The position numbers and the translations under genes were made by a program. Of a stretch of DNA of 64,000 nucleotides, positions 1 to 16,745 are shown piece after piece. The notes below the pieces were generated by a model, which ran no database searches, was not told the DNA's origin, and worked only from the letters and a program-made list of their open reading frames with translations. The first letter of the stretch is position 1, and every line of letters starts with the position of its first letter. Location: the NCBI RefSeq assembly GCF_009914755.1, contig NC_060928.1; one strand, 5' to 3'. This DNA comes from the human T2T-CHM13v2.0 reference genome, Homo sapiens.

Positions 1-360
1 GGAAACTGCACAAATACATGGGAATTAAACAAAATGTTCATGAGCAACCAATGGGTCAATGAAGTAATTTTTTATTAATTTTGTTTCTTTGGAAAAATGG
101 AAATGAAAACACAACATACCCAAACCTATGGGATACAGCAACAGCAGTTCTAAGAATGAAGTTTATAGCAATAAACACCTATATAAAAAAGCTAAAAAGA
201 TCAAATAAATTAATGTTAGACTTCAAGAAACTAGAAAAACAAGAACAACCCAGACCCCAAATAATTAGAAAAGAGGGACTATAAAGACCAGAAAGACCAG
301 ACCATAAATAAACAAAATAGGGACTAACAAAATACAAAAGAGCAACAAAATAAGATGATT
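1..360 (+). mobile_element. Old L1 (L1M-type) ORF2 fragment, just downstream of the endonuclease domain
   Basis: ORF 81-284 reads NGNENTTYPNLWDTATAVLRMKFIAINTYIKK, homologous to L1 ORF2 [29 protein letters not shown] in the young L1 of this window; runs off the window start. Confidence 0.85.
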
Positions 361-417
361 TTTTAATTTACTAACAAAATACAAAAGAGCAACAAAATAA
401 GATGATTTTTTAATTTA
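323..417. repeat. Perfect 47-bp tandem duplication
   Basis: ACTAACAAAATACAAAAGAGCAACAAAATAAGATGATTTTTTAATTT at 323-369 and again at 370-416. Confidence 0.95.
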
Positions 418-420
418 AAT

Positions 421-852
421 GTCTGGCATCTTGATGATTTTGCTTTCTATCTTTCTCTGTCTCCATCTGCCACTCTCTGCCTTTTTGTCTTTGTCTTCCT
501 CTCTTTTTGTCTCTCCACATGACAGCTCACCCTTTACGATCCTTTCCATGAACCTGAACTTTGAACTTTTTACAGCATAGTGGTGTTAGGGTAATTGCAC
601 TTCATAAAATTGAACAGCTTTGATGTATCAGGTAGCAAAAGCTTCCAGGCTACTTAATGTCGACCCCTGAAACTGACACAGCATCAATTCTGTTGTATTT
701 TATTGGTCAGTGCAGTCACAGGACCTACCAGGTTAAAAGTGTTGGAGAAATAGATTCTGTCTCTTAATGAGTGGGTGATAAGGTCACATTACAGAAAACT
801 TGTTTCATAAGAGACAAAATTGTGACCTTCTTTTGAAAATGCAATTTTTCAC
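421..852 (-). mobile_element. MaLR MLT1-family LTR fragment
   Basis: Motifs TTCTGTTGTATTTTATTGGTCAGTGCAGTCACAGG and AATAGATTCTGTCTCTTAATG resemble recalled antisense MLT1 consensus; ends in CACA. Confidence 0.6.
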
Positions 853-1282
853 AATTATTATACTTTAATATAGCTCAAATAATTCAGGTAAAGAATTATA
901 ATAAACAACTTAATTTATTAATATAATTATTCTCAGAAAGTTAGAACTTTTTAAGCAAACTTTATGAAAATTGGCTGATATTCAATGTATTTTTTCTAAG
1001 TGTAATGTCAGCTGGGATATTAGTATAAAGTCAAATATTAGAATATAAATTAAACTACCTATAATATAGAATAGAAGAATCTATACATAGTAAATGTTAA
1101 AATATACAAAAATAGATGTATTAGTTATAAAAATAATCTCTTAAAAACAAAAAAGTATTAAATGATACTAACATTTCTGGTTTTTCCCAGTAACTAAAGA
1201 ACTATTTTTTCAATTGTATGATTTCATTGAATTTTTAAAAAGAATTGATGAGTTAATGTGAATAGTTAAAAAGCAGAATCCA

Positions 1283-1599
<317 letters not shown>

Positions 1600-3055
1600 T
1601 CACATCATTATTGAAATAATTCTGTGAATGACATTTTATAGTGTTATTTAAATAACAATTAATTAGATTTACCTAATTTAAAAGAATAGTTGACTGCTTT
1701 TATGGTTGAAAAATGCTCTTTTTATGCTAAATGTTTATTATTCTTCAAGATGTAGTCATAATAGTAGATATAGGATTTATTTTCCTGCATTTAGAGTTAA
1801 GTTTTCTATATTTAACCTCCTTTTTTTCAGTTCTGTAATACATGAATATTATTGCAGCATTATTGTTGTGTTTCACTTTGTCATTGATCTTGGTCATAAT
1901 ATATCATCATACTGTAGAGTTGCAGCAGTTGATTAATATTGCAGGGCTACTTAATTTCTTATGTGCCCAGTAAAACTCTTTTATGTTCAGGGTTTTATCA
2001 ATGCGGTTATTCAATAATGGTTCCATTTAAGATTTATTCAGGTTAGTAAAATATGTTATATGCCATTATTGAAAAAATTCACTTACCTGAAATACAATAG
2101 CAGAGTAAGCAAACAAACATTAAAAATCAAATCTTTAAAATCTTACTCGAAATGGTCCTAAAAAACAGTGAAAACGAGATAAATTTAAATTCCTTTTTTA
2201 GGCTCTGCTGTGTTCCAGGTAATTCACCAAGGGAATGTGGTGATTTAATTGTCTGTATGACACAGCATGAGATCCTCTGAAGTTGGCTCTATGGTATCTT
2301 GCTTCTTTTTCACACAAATACACACTTTCTTTGGATACTCAGCATGATATTCAGTAAGCATAGATATGAGAGACTAACAAAGAAGAAATGTTGTTATTTA
2401 TTATTCAGTACTCTCCTTGGGTCCCTTGCCACTTGGAGTTAACATACATTCATATAAAATATTAATACTCAAAGGTTCATTCCAGGTAAAGCCAAATCAG
2501 ACAATGTGCATATGTCAGGAAAAACAAGATTAAAACCTGGAACTTTTATCAATTTAAATTCTTTTATCAAAATGTGTCTAAACAATAGGCTACATAGGAC
2601 AATTCCTATGTACCTTGAAACGACATGAGAATTCATCTGCTGAAATCTTTTACGGTCAATTCTCAAATTTAGATAGGTACATTTATTCACATTCTTAAAA
2701 TTTCTTCAGTAAAGCAAATATTCTTGATTGTTACTTGTTTGCTTTGTTAGTATTTCTTCACTCTTTATTTACATACATGTAGCATAGACCCTAAAAGCAA
2801 ACGGGGGGGAAAACAAACAGTACTAACCCCAGTGTTTCATCAAAAAATGTAAGAAAGCCAGAGTTCTATACGTATGTGCCTGAGAGAGCACTGTTTGGTC
2901 TTCACATGCCTATTTTTAATTATTACGAGAGGTAGAGGGTCTGTATTTTGATGTAAAATTTTTTGTTTTCATTGTGTCAAAAGACAAAATTAACACAAAT
3001 TTAATTTAAAGAATCAATTGGCTTTTATTTGCAACTGTAGAATCAGACAACACCT

Positions 3056-3155
3056 CATGATTCAATTATCTTCCACCAGGTCCCTCCCACAACACATGCA
3101 AATTATGGGAATACACAATGAGATTTGGGTGGGGACACAGAGCCAAACCATATCA
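3056..3155 (-). mobile_element. THE1 (MaLR) LTR, 5'-terminal ~100 bp only
   Basis: Reverse complement begins TGATATGGTTTGGCTCTGTGTCCCCACCCAAATCTCAT, the THE1 LTR start; truncated abruptly at 3056. Confidence 0.85.
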
Positions 3156-3359
3156 GTAAATAACAGTTATAATCAACATGTTTATCTTTGCTTATAATTA
3201 TGCATTTATCAAATATATGTAGAATGAATGCAAAAAATTGACTACATTTTCACCTGATTTTCAGTAATAAGAATATCAATGATAAGACTTTCTACATCAA
3301 GTAATGGGTTGCAAAAGCACAGCAACAAAAACAATGATGACAAAAGCTGAAAAATTTAA

Positions 3360-3875
3360 TTCCTTGACCTTACCTATTTTTATTTAGTATGCTAAACTTG
3401 AAACAGTCTGACTTTATTTTTTCTTCTACTATTTTCCATCCTCCACGTTTGCTACATTCCAACTGAACTTCTTGGCAGTATTGCATGTAAATAGAATATT
3501 TTGCTCTGTGTGTCCAAGTCCTACCTCTTTTTAAGCTTTAAAACAAGTTATCTTGAGACACCTTTTTGGAATACACTCCTGCCAATAAAAATATCTTCCT
3601 CTTCTGAACTTTCAGTGTTCTTTTTTGGGATATGACTTTTATGCACTTATAACTTTACCATTTTACGGATGTTTGTATTTGCATGAGAGAATGTACACAA
3701 GAAGTTTAATAAAACTTATAAGCACTCAATGAATTATAACTTTAAAAAGCACATGCATGTTTGTGTTTCTTCCATACTACTGTGTCAAATTTCTAGAGGC
3801 AGAAGTTTTATATTCCATAGCACCTGTTACATTGCCTTATATAATCATAAGTAAGACACAAAAATGATTGATTTG
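3360..3875 (+). mobile_element. Degraded L2 3' region
   Basis: Weak similarity to the L2 3' end (CTAGAGGCAG...TATTCCATAGCACCT...ATTGCC); boundaries approximate. Confidence 0.4.
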
Positions 3876-4468
3876 TTTGCATTTAATAGTAATACACAGC
3901 AATGTACCATATTTTAAAATAGGATATTTTATTAATATTTATTATAAAATACATTTTGTAGTAAGGTGAACATGGAAAAACTATATTATTAGCTGTTTTT
4001 CAAAATAATGGGCTAAAAGGTATAATGGAACTTTGGAAGTAAATCATAGGATAAATCAATAAATGTTTTCTTTCATCTCTGGCTTACACTGATTTATCAT
4101 TGCTCCTTTATAACCTGTAGCAGCACTAAAAGTTAATTATTTTCAATTGTTAAAAAAAATTAACTTGGGCTTTTAAAAAAATTACTTCCCTTAAGGTACC
4201 CTGTTCCATTACATTACTAATAGTACATATATATAAAGAGTATAATGGCTCCCAAGAAGTGATTTTGTAAACATGGCTTAATAGTAGGTTTTGTACAACA
4301 TTTTTAAAATTTATTTACTTTTTATTGACCTTTTACCTTTAGTGAGAACAATGCTTTCTGCTATTTTAGACTGTTATAATATTCTACTCTTTTGATCATT
4401 ACCTCTTGGATTTTGCCATCATTTAAAGTCCAAAATTCATTAGGTAAAAAATATGGTAACTCTGCATA

Positions 4469-4505
4469 TGTGTGTGTGTGTGTTTGTGTGTATGTGTGTG
4501 TGTGT
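4469..4505. repeat. (TG)n microsatellite
   Basis: Interrupted TG run. Confidence 0.9.
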
Positions 4506-5126
4506 ATAATTTATTTTGACCTTTCTCACATTTATATCAACACTTCCACTAACAACTATCTCTATATTCACATTCTAAGTAGCAAGTTTGCTACCTTATC
4601 TTCTACTAGACCTCACCCAACTCACCGATATTAACCTAGATAGCACTTTAAAATGGGCACTTTTTCACTGTTTCTCTCTGCTGATAAATTTTGCCCATTT
4701 GGCTTTTAGATCACTTTTTCCAAAATCCTAGATTTTATATTTTTCTCTATAATGTTACTATTAAGGGATTTTAAATTGTTTCTATAGTTGTTGTTTTTTA
4801 ATATTACCTCTAAAGGAGGAAAATGACAGAAACTGATTATTTTCCTGCTAGGCCAATCTTTATTTTCTGATTCAACTAGTTATTTCTTAAGACTCATATA
4901 CTTTTGAACAAATGTATTAGTATTTTTGATATTCACATTTTTTGGTTCACAGTTATTCCATTCCTCTTAATTATTCCATTCCTCTTTAATTATTCTACTT
5001 TATAACATTCTTATATCTCTCAGTGCTCTTACATAATTTAATTTATACTTCTGTAGATCCCTATGCATCATTCCATTTTTTTCCAATATTTGTTTGATTA
5101 TTTTTGCCCCTTATCCGCAATTTCCT

Positions 5127-5428
5127 TTCTTTTTTTTTTTTTTCCTTGACATGGAGTCTCGCTCTGTCGCCCAGGCTGGAGTGCAGTGGCGCGATCTGGG
5201 CTCACTGCAAGCTCCGCCTCCCGGTTCACGCCATTCTCCTGCCTCAGCCTCCCAAGTAGCTGGGACTACAGGCACCTGCCACCACGCCCAGCTAATTTTT
5301 TGTATTTTTTAGTAGTGACGGGGTTTCTCATTGTTAGCCAGGATGGTCTCGATTTCCTGACCTCGTGATCCGCCTGCCTCAGCCTCCCAGAGTGCTAGGA
5401 TTACAGGCGTGAGCCACTGCACCCAACC
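5127..5428 (-). mobile_element. AluY
   Basis: T-tail then GACATGGAGTCTCGCTCTGTCGCCCAGGC; AluY diagnostic GCAAGCTCCGCCTCCCGGTTCACGCCATTCTCC; ATTTCCT on both flanks. Confidence 0.93.
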
Positions 5429-6533
5429 TATTTCCTCTTATTCTTGTATTTTCTTTTGCTCACTTTTGTACCTGAAATAGTCAGTCAATTAAAATATGTC
5501 AAGCTGTCAAAGTTAGTTTCCTTCTGCTAGCGAAATATGCCAAGTTTCCTTCTTTACAAAATTACTAACAATTATTCTTTGCAAGTATAGCATTCACTCT
5601 GTGTTCAAGAGTAGGCTTCTGTGAACGAAATGCAGTCTATTGACATCCTTACTCTGGTAGATCCTGAGATGCTGCATTGCTGTGGTAGAGTAACACAATC
5701 ATGCCATAGTAAATATGTTTCTAAAAAGATCAGCATCTTATTCACAATAAAAGTTTGATTTTTTAGTGCAAGTCTGCATTAAGGATCCTAATGATTAAAT
5801 TGACTTTTCTAATAAATAACAGAAACTATTATAATTTCTTGTAAAAAATTTCTATAAAAAATATCACCACACACATGTTGTAAGCACTCAAATATAAATG
5901 CCTACTGATAATCAAATTTATGTTCCTGAAGTCATGAGAAAGATATGTATCATAAATATTAACTCAATTATTCAGTTGCTGATTTAATAGGAATTCCTTC
6001 TTCTCATATAGCTTCCATTTTTACATAAAAGATGAAAACAAACAAACGAATTACTACATACGTAAGTAAAATGTGTAGTGGGCCAAATGTTTGTAAAATG
6101 TGGAGAAATATAAGGCAAGGGAGGTGAAGTATGAAACTTTAGCAATACAGATCAGGGCAATGGCCCTTTACAGTTGTAAATAGGGTATTCATTGATAATG
6201 TGAAGCTGCCTCAAAGACTTAGAGAAAGTTAAGGAGAAAAGGAATAACTTTGGAAATAATGTTTGGGGAAGAGAAATGAAGTGGAAAGCCCAAAAATGGA
6301 ATTATGTGTTCAACAAACAGCAAGAAGGTCATTATATGAAGAGTAGAATGTGGAAAATAAAGTCAGCAAGGTAATTCTGACCACATAAGGTAAATCCTTG
6401 CACATGCCTGTGGGTATTTCTAGCTTAACTCAAGTGGAAGTTGGAGGCACTGCAGGCTTTCTGTAAGAGAATGAACATAATTTAACTTTATTTGTTTCAA
6501 AATTATATATATACACACACACGTCTAACACAG

Positions 6534-6558
6534 ACACACACACACACACACACACACA
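6534..6558. repeat. (CA)n microsatellite
   Basis: About 12 AC units. Confidence 0.9.
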
Positions 6559-6599
6559 GAAAAAAATACATGAGATATAAGTGCTACATTGTAGAACAA

Positions 6600-8750
6600 A
6601 TACCTGTGTAAACACAGGAGAATTTTGCAAGCTCTCCCCAGTTATCGATGGCCTTTGAAATCAAAATCTCCTTTCTACCCCTAGAGTAACCATCATCTTG
6701 ACTCTTAATGTAATCACCTCATTGCTTTATAGTTATATCAAATAAATATGTATATCTAAGCAATATTAATTATTTGTTCTTGTTTTAAAATGTTTATCAG
6801 TGGGAATTAAACTCTGTGTTGTTTGATGCAAATTTCTTTAACTCAAAATTTGATTTTTAAGATGCTTCCTATCCCTGCTATGATGCAGTTATATGTAGGT
6901 GTAATTTGTTCATTTTCATTGCTCTGTAAAATGCATCTTATATTTATCTTTTCTAATATTATGAATATTTTCAATGTTTCTAGCTTGAGGGTCATATGAA
7001 CTATGCTGCTGTCCACATTTTTGTATATGAATTCTGGTTTAAACATCATGTTTCTGCTGGTTAACACCCGGGGGTAGAATTAAAGACTCATAGCACTTGT
7101 GTAGTTGCACATTTATTAGATTTGATAAACTGTTTCTCAAAGTGATTTTTAATCACTTTCTCATTAGCATTAAATAACAGATACATTTGGTCCAAATTTT
7201 CTAAAACACTTGGTATTATCAGGCTTCCTTTCGTTCTCTCTTTTCTTCTTCCTTTGTTTCTTTCTTTCTCTTTTTTATGTGTGTGTCAGTTTGGAGAGGA
7301 GCTTTTAGTTTAATTTGCTTTTTTTAATATGTGTGTCATTTTGGAGAGGAGAGTTTAGTTTAATTGACATTTTCCTGGTTACTAATGAGGCCGACTACTA
7401 CTTTCTACTTGTTAATTAAATTTGTTCTTTATTAAAATTAATATTGCTTAGCAAATTTTCTATTGAGTAGTCTGACTTCTTGGACACTAATAGGAGTTCT
7501 TTATTTACATAAATATATTGCAAGTATATATATCTATATAACTATATATATGTATATATGTTGCAAGTATATTCGCTCAGTCTGAACCTTGCCTTTTCAC
7601 ATTTTTTGCTTTCTTTAAATTCAGCCAAGATGGACTTTTCATATTCTAATGTGATTTTTTAAATAAATATATCATAAAGATCCTCTCCTATCTTATCTTC
7701 TAGGATCTTTACTATACTTTGCTTTTTATATTTAGAAATCTAAATAATAATATTTTTGAAGGCCACTGATTTATCCTAGTATCATATACTGAAAAGATGA
7801 TTATATCATCAATTTTCAAAACTATCTCTTACATATATGAAGCATTCATATATGCTTAAATATAGACCTATTTCTGAACTTTCTGTTTTGTTTCCTATTC
7901 TATTTAGTTTTCTCCAACACCCAGTGTTTGTATCAGTTTCTAACCGTTGACATTACAGACAACTACACACTCAGTTGTTGAAAACACCACAAATGTATTA
8001 TCGTATATTTCTGTAGATCAGAAGTCTGATGCCAGTCTCACTGGGCTAAAATAAACGTGTTGGCAGCCTGCCTTCCCTTCTGGGGTCTCTAGAAGAGAAT
8101 CAATTGTCTTGTTTACGTTGTTGGTATATTTGTTTCTTGTTGTTATAGCACTGAGGGCTGTTCTGAGTTCCAGAGGCTCCCTGCATTGCTCTGCTCCATC
8201 TTTGTCAGCAATGTTAAGTCGAGACTTTCTCAGGCTTTGAATCTCTCCTGCTTCTTTTTCCAACGTCTCTCAGCAACTTTTCTTCCTTCCTCTTCCATTA
8301 GATTGGTCCCACCTAATCTGAATAATCTCCCTATTTTAAGGTTTCTAACCTTAATCAAATCTTGACAATCTATTTTACCATATAAAACAACATCTTCATA
8401 GAATATAGAGATATGATTAGTGAGGCCATTATTTCAGCTATCACATCGTCTACATTACTGTGTAACTTTGTAGTATGTCTAGAACCTAGTAGAGTTAGTT
8501 CATCCACTTGTTTTCTTCTTAGAAGTTTACCTACTCTTAAATTTTAGAATAAGCTTGCTTAATTCCACAAAAGTGGTTATTTTAATTGGGATTACATTGA
8601 ATCTGTAGAGAAATTTCAGGATAATTGGTACTTTTACACTATTGAGACCTAATTATAAATTTTGTTTTCTCTTCACAATTATTTATATCTTTTTCAGGTT
8701 CTGAAGAGAGTTTCTTTAATTTATCTGAACAAAGTTGTCCGGTTTCCCTT
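6600..8750 (-). mobile_element. Old L1M (L1ME/MD-like) 3' region, interrupted by an MLT1 LTR
   Basis: T-rich antisense L1 3'-end phrases (TTTGTTCATTTTCATTGCT, CATTTTCCTGGTTACTAATGAGG, ATTGGGATTACATTGAATCTGTAG); boundaries approximate. Confidence 0.7.
7929..8444 (-). mobile_element. MLT1C/D-like MaLR LTR nested in the old L1
   Basis: TGTATCAGTTTC...GATCAGAAGTCTGATGCCAGTCTCACTGGGCTAAAATAAA...CTAGAAGAGAATC...GAGGCCATTATTTCAGCTATCACA. Confidence 0.8.
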
Positions 8751-8752
8751 AG

Positions 8753-9731
<979 letters not shown>

Positions 9732-10379
9732 TAGACTCTCTGACTTAATACTGGAGATTTATAATCTGTTACTGAGACTCACTCTGCTTCCAGTTGGAAA
9801 ACCTCGCCTTTACAATCTAATCTCATAATGCTTTACCTAGCCTAACTTTGGCACTTTACTGCATTTTAGCGCTGGGTTAATGAGTTGATATCATTGCCTT
9901 GTATGAATTTTTGACCAAATTATATCTGTAGTTTCCTGAAATGAGTGATGCAGTATCTTTAGAGTGACATCGTCAGTAACAAGTTTATATACCAAAAGAA
10001 TCTCATTCAAGGGCTATTATTTAATGACTAAATTATAAGTAAGAATATAAGTAATGAAAAAACGTGACATTAGTGCTACCATTATTACCCCAAATGTAAT
10101 GATGTCATTCACTTAAAATTTTATTGATATTCAAGTCCTTAATCATTACACTTTTTTTTTTTTAATTTTTTTTTATTATACTCTAAGTTTTAGGGTACAT
10201 GTGCACATTGTGCAGGTTAGTTACATATGTATACATGTGCCATGCTGGTGCGCTGCACCCACTAACGTGTCATCTAGCATTAGGTATATCTCCCAATGCT
10301 ATCCCTCCCCCCTCCCCCGACCCCACCACAGTCCACAGAGTGTGATATTCCCCTTCCTGTGTCCATGTGATCTCATTGT

Positions 10380-14232
<3,853 letters not shown>

Positions 14233-14271
14233 TCATTAGTTGATGCAGTTTCTTCCTAGTCTCGATGGTCT

Positions 14272-15287
14272 TTACATTTTGGCATGATTTTGCAGCGGCT
14301 GGTACCGGTTGTTCCTTTCCATGTTTAGCGCTTCCTTCAGGAGCTCTTTTAGGGCAGGCCTGGTGGTGACAAAATCTCTCAGCATTTGCTTGTCTATAAA
14401 GTATTTTATTTCTCCTTCACTTATGAAGCTTAGTTTGGCTGGATATGAAATTCTGGGTTGAAAATTCTTTTCTTTAAGAATGTTGAATATTGGCCCCCAC
14501 TCTCTTCTGGCTTCTAGGGTTTCTGCCGAGAGATCCGCTGTTAGTCTGATGGGCTTTCCTTTGAGGGTAACCCGACCTTTCTCTCTGGCTGCCCTTAACA
14601 TTTTTTCCTTCATTTCAACTTTGGTGAATCTGACAATTATGTGTCTTGGAGTTGCTCTTCTCGAGGAGTATCTTTGTGGCGTTCTCTGTATTTCCTGAAT
14701 CTGAACGTTGGCCTGCCTTGCTAGATTGGGGAAGTTCTCCTGGATAATATCCTGCAGAGTGTTTTCCAACTTGGTTCCATTCTCCACATCACTTTCAGGT
14801 ACACCAATCAGACGTAGATTTGGTCTTTTCACATAGTCCCATATTTCTTGGAGGCTTTGCTCATTTCTTTTTATTCTTTTTTCTCTAAACTTCCCTTCTC
14901 GCTTCATTTCATTCATTTCTTCTTCCATTGCTGATACCCTTTCTTCCAGTTGATCGCATCGGCTCCTGAGGCCTCTGCATTCTTCACGTAGTTCTCGAGC
15001 CTTGGTTTTCAGCTCCATCAGCTCCTTTAAGCACTTCTCTGTATTGGTTATTCTAGTTATACATTCTTCTAAATTTTTTTCAAAGTTTTCAACTTCTTTG
15101 CCTTTTGTTTGAATGTCCTCCTGTAGCTCAGAGTAATTTGATCGTCTGAAGCCTTCTTCTCTCAGCTCGTCAAAATCATTCTCCATCCAGCTTTGTTCTG
15201 TTGCTGGTGAGGAACTGCGTTCCTTTGGAGGAGAGAGGCGCTCTGCGTTTTAGAGTTTCCAGTTTTTCTGTTCTGTTTTTACCCCAT
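14272..15287 (-). pseudogene. L1 ORF1 (RNA-binding chaperone), frameshifted near the N-terminus
   Basis: ATG at 15287 to stop at 14272 spans 1016 bp versus 1017 expected; one G missing in GGAGGAG(G)AGAGGCG near 15232; the downstream 304 aa from Met35 (15186) stay open. Confidence 0.93.
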
Positions 15288-16185
15288 CTTTTTGGTTTTA
15301 TCTACTTTTTGTCTTTGATGATGGTGATGTACAGATGGGTTTCCGGTGTAGATGTCCTTTCTGGTTGTTAGTTTTCCTTCTAACAGACAGGACCCTCAGC
15401 TGCAGGTCTGTTGGAATACCCTGCCATGTGAGGTGTCAGTGTGCCCCTGCTGGGGGGTGCCTCCCAGTTAGGCTACTCGCGGGCCAGGGACCCACTTGAG
15501 GAGGCAGTCTGCCCGTTCTCAGATCTCCAGCTGCGTGCTGGGAGAACCACTGCTCTCTTCAAAGCTGTCAGACAGGGACACTTAAGTCTGCAGAGGTTAC
15601 TGCTGTCTTTTTGTTTGTCTGTGCCCTGCCCCCAGAGGTGGAGCCTACAGAGGCAGGCAGGCCTCCTTGAGCTGTGGTGGGCTCCACCCAGTTGGAGCTT
15701 CCCAGCTGCTTTGTTTACCTAATCAAGCCTGGGCAATGGCGGGCACCCCTCCCCCAGCCTCGTTGCCACCTTGCAGTTTGATCTCAGACTGCTGTGCTAG
15801 CAATCAGCGAGATTCCGTGGGCGTAGGACCCTCCGAGCCAGGTGTGGGATATAGTCTCGTGGTGCGCCGTTTCTTAAGCCGGTCTGAAAAGCGCAATATT
15901 CGGGTGGGAGTGACCCGATTTTCCAGGTGCGTCCGTCACCCCTTTCTTTGACTCGGAAAGGGAACTCCCTGACCCCTTGCGCTTCCCAGGTGAGGCAATG
16001 CCTCACCCTGCTTCGGCTCGCGCACGGTGCGCACACACACTGGCCTGCGCCCACTGTCTGGCACTCCCTAGTGAGATGAACCCGGTACCTCAGATGGAAA
16101 TGCAGAAATCACCCGTCTTCTGCGTCGCTCACGCTGGGAGCTGTAGACCAGAGCTGTTCCTATTCGGCCATCTTGGCTCCCCCCC
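15288..16185 (-). promoter_or_regulatory. L1 5' UTR: CpG-rich internal sense promoter and antisense promoter region
   Basis: Main CpG-dense stretch of the window; intact YY1 motif AAGATGGCC at 16166-16174 (minus strand); length fits the post-L1PA3 UTR lacking the 129-bp ZNF93 site. Confidence 0.88.
15736..15951 (+). CDS. L1 ORF0 (71 aa, antisense ORF of the primate L1 5' UTR), intact
   Basis: MAGTPPPASLPPCSLISDCCASNQRDSVGVGPSEPGVGYSLVVRRFLSRSEKRNIRVGVTRFSRCVRHPFL*; good Kozak context GCAATGG; donors CAG|GTGTGG (15841/2) and CAG|GTGCGT (15926/7). Expression not shown. Confidence 0.8.
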   Translation: MAGTPPPASLPPCSLISDCCASNQRDSVGVGPSEPGVGYSLVVRRFLSRSEKRNIRVGVTRFSRCVRHPFL

Positions 16186-16190
16186 TACAC

Positions 16191-16516
16191 TTTTTTTTTT
16201 GAGATGGAGTCTCGCTCTGTCGCCCAGGCTGGAGTGAAGTGGCGCGATCTCGGCTCACTGCAAGCTCCGCCTCCTGGGTTCACGCCATTCTCCTGCCTCA
16301 GCCTTCCCAGTAGCTGCGACTACAGGTGCATGCCATCATGCTCGGCTATTTATTTATTTATTTATTTATTCATTTATTTATTTATTTTTGGTAGTTTTAG
16401 TAGAGACGGGGTTTCACCGTGTTAGCCAGGATGGTGTCAATCTCCTGACCTTGTGATCCACCTACCTCGGCCTCCCAAAGTGCTGGGATTATAGGCATGA
16501 GCCACCACACCCGGCC
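16191..16516 (-). mobile_element. AluY whose tail was the L1HS target; central linker expanded to (TAAA)n
   Basis: GCAAGCTCCGCCTCCTGGGTTCACGCCATTC and CACCGTGTTAGCCAGGATGG; (TTTA)n at about 16346-16389. Confidence 0.93.
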
Positions 16517-16745
16517 AACTTGTTTTTGTAATTAAGGACACTATCCAAATACTTTCAAAATATTCACAGTAAACACACTATAAAATCTAATTTCTTAAAT
16601 TTGTAATTTAAGTTTCTAAAAATATATGGCTTCAACCAATTCACTCAATTTTCTTTCACCAACTTTTTCTTGTCCATAGATCTCTTCATGACACTCACAA
16701 TGGGTATCTATGCAATTCTCTAATAATCTGAGCAAGTTCATGTTT

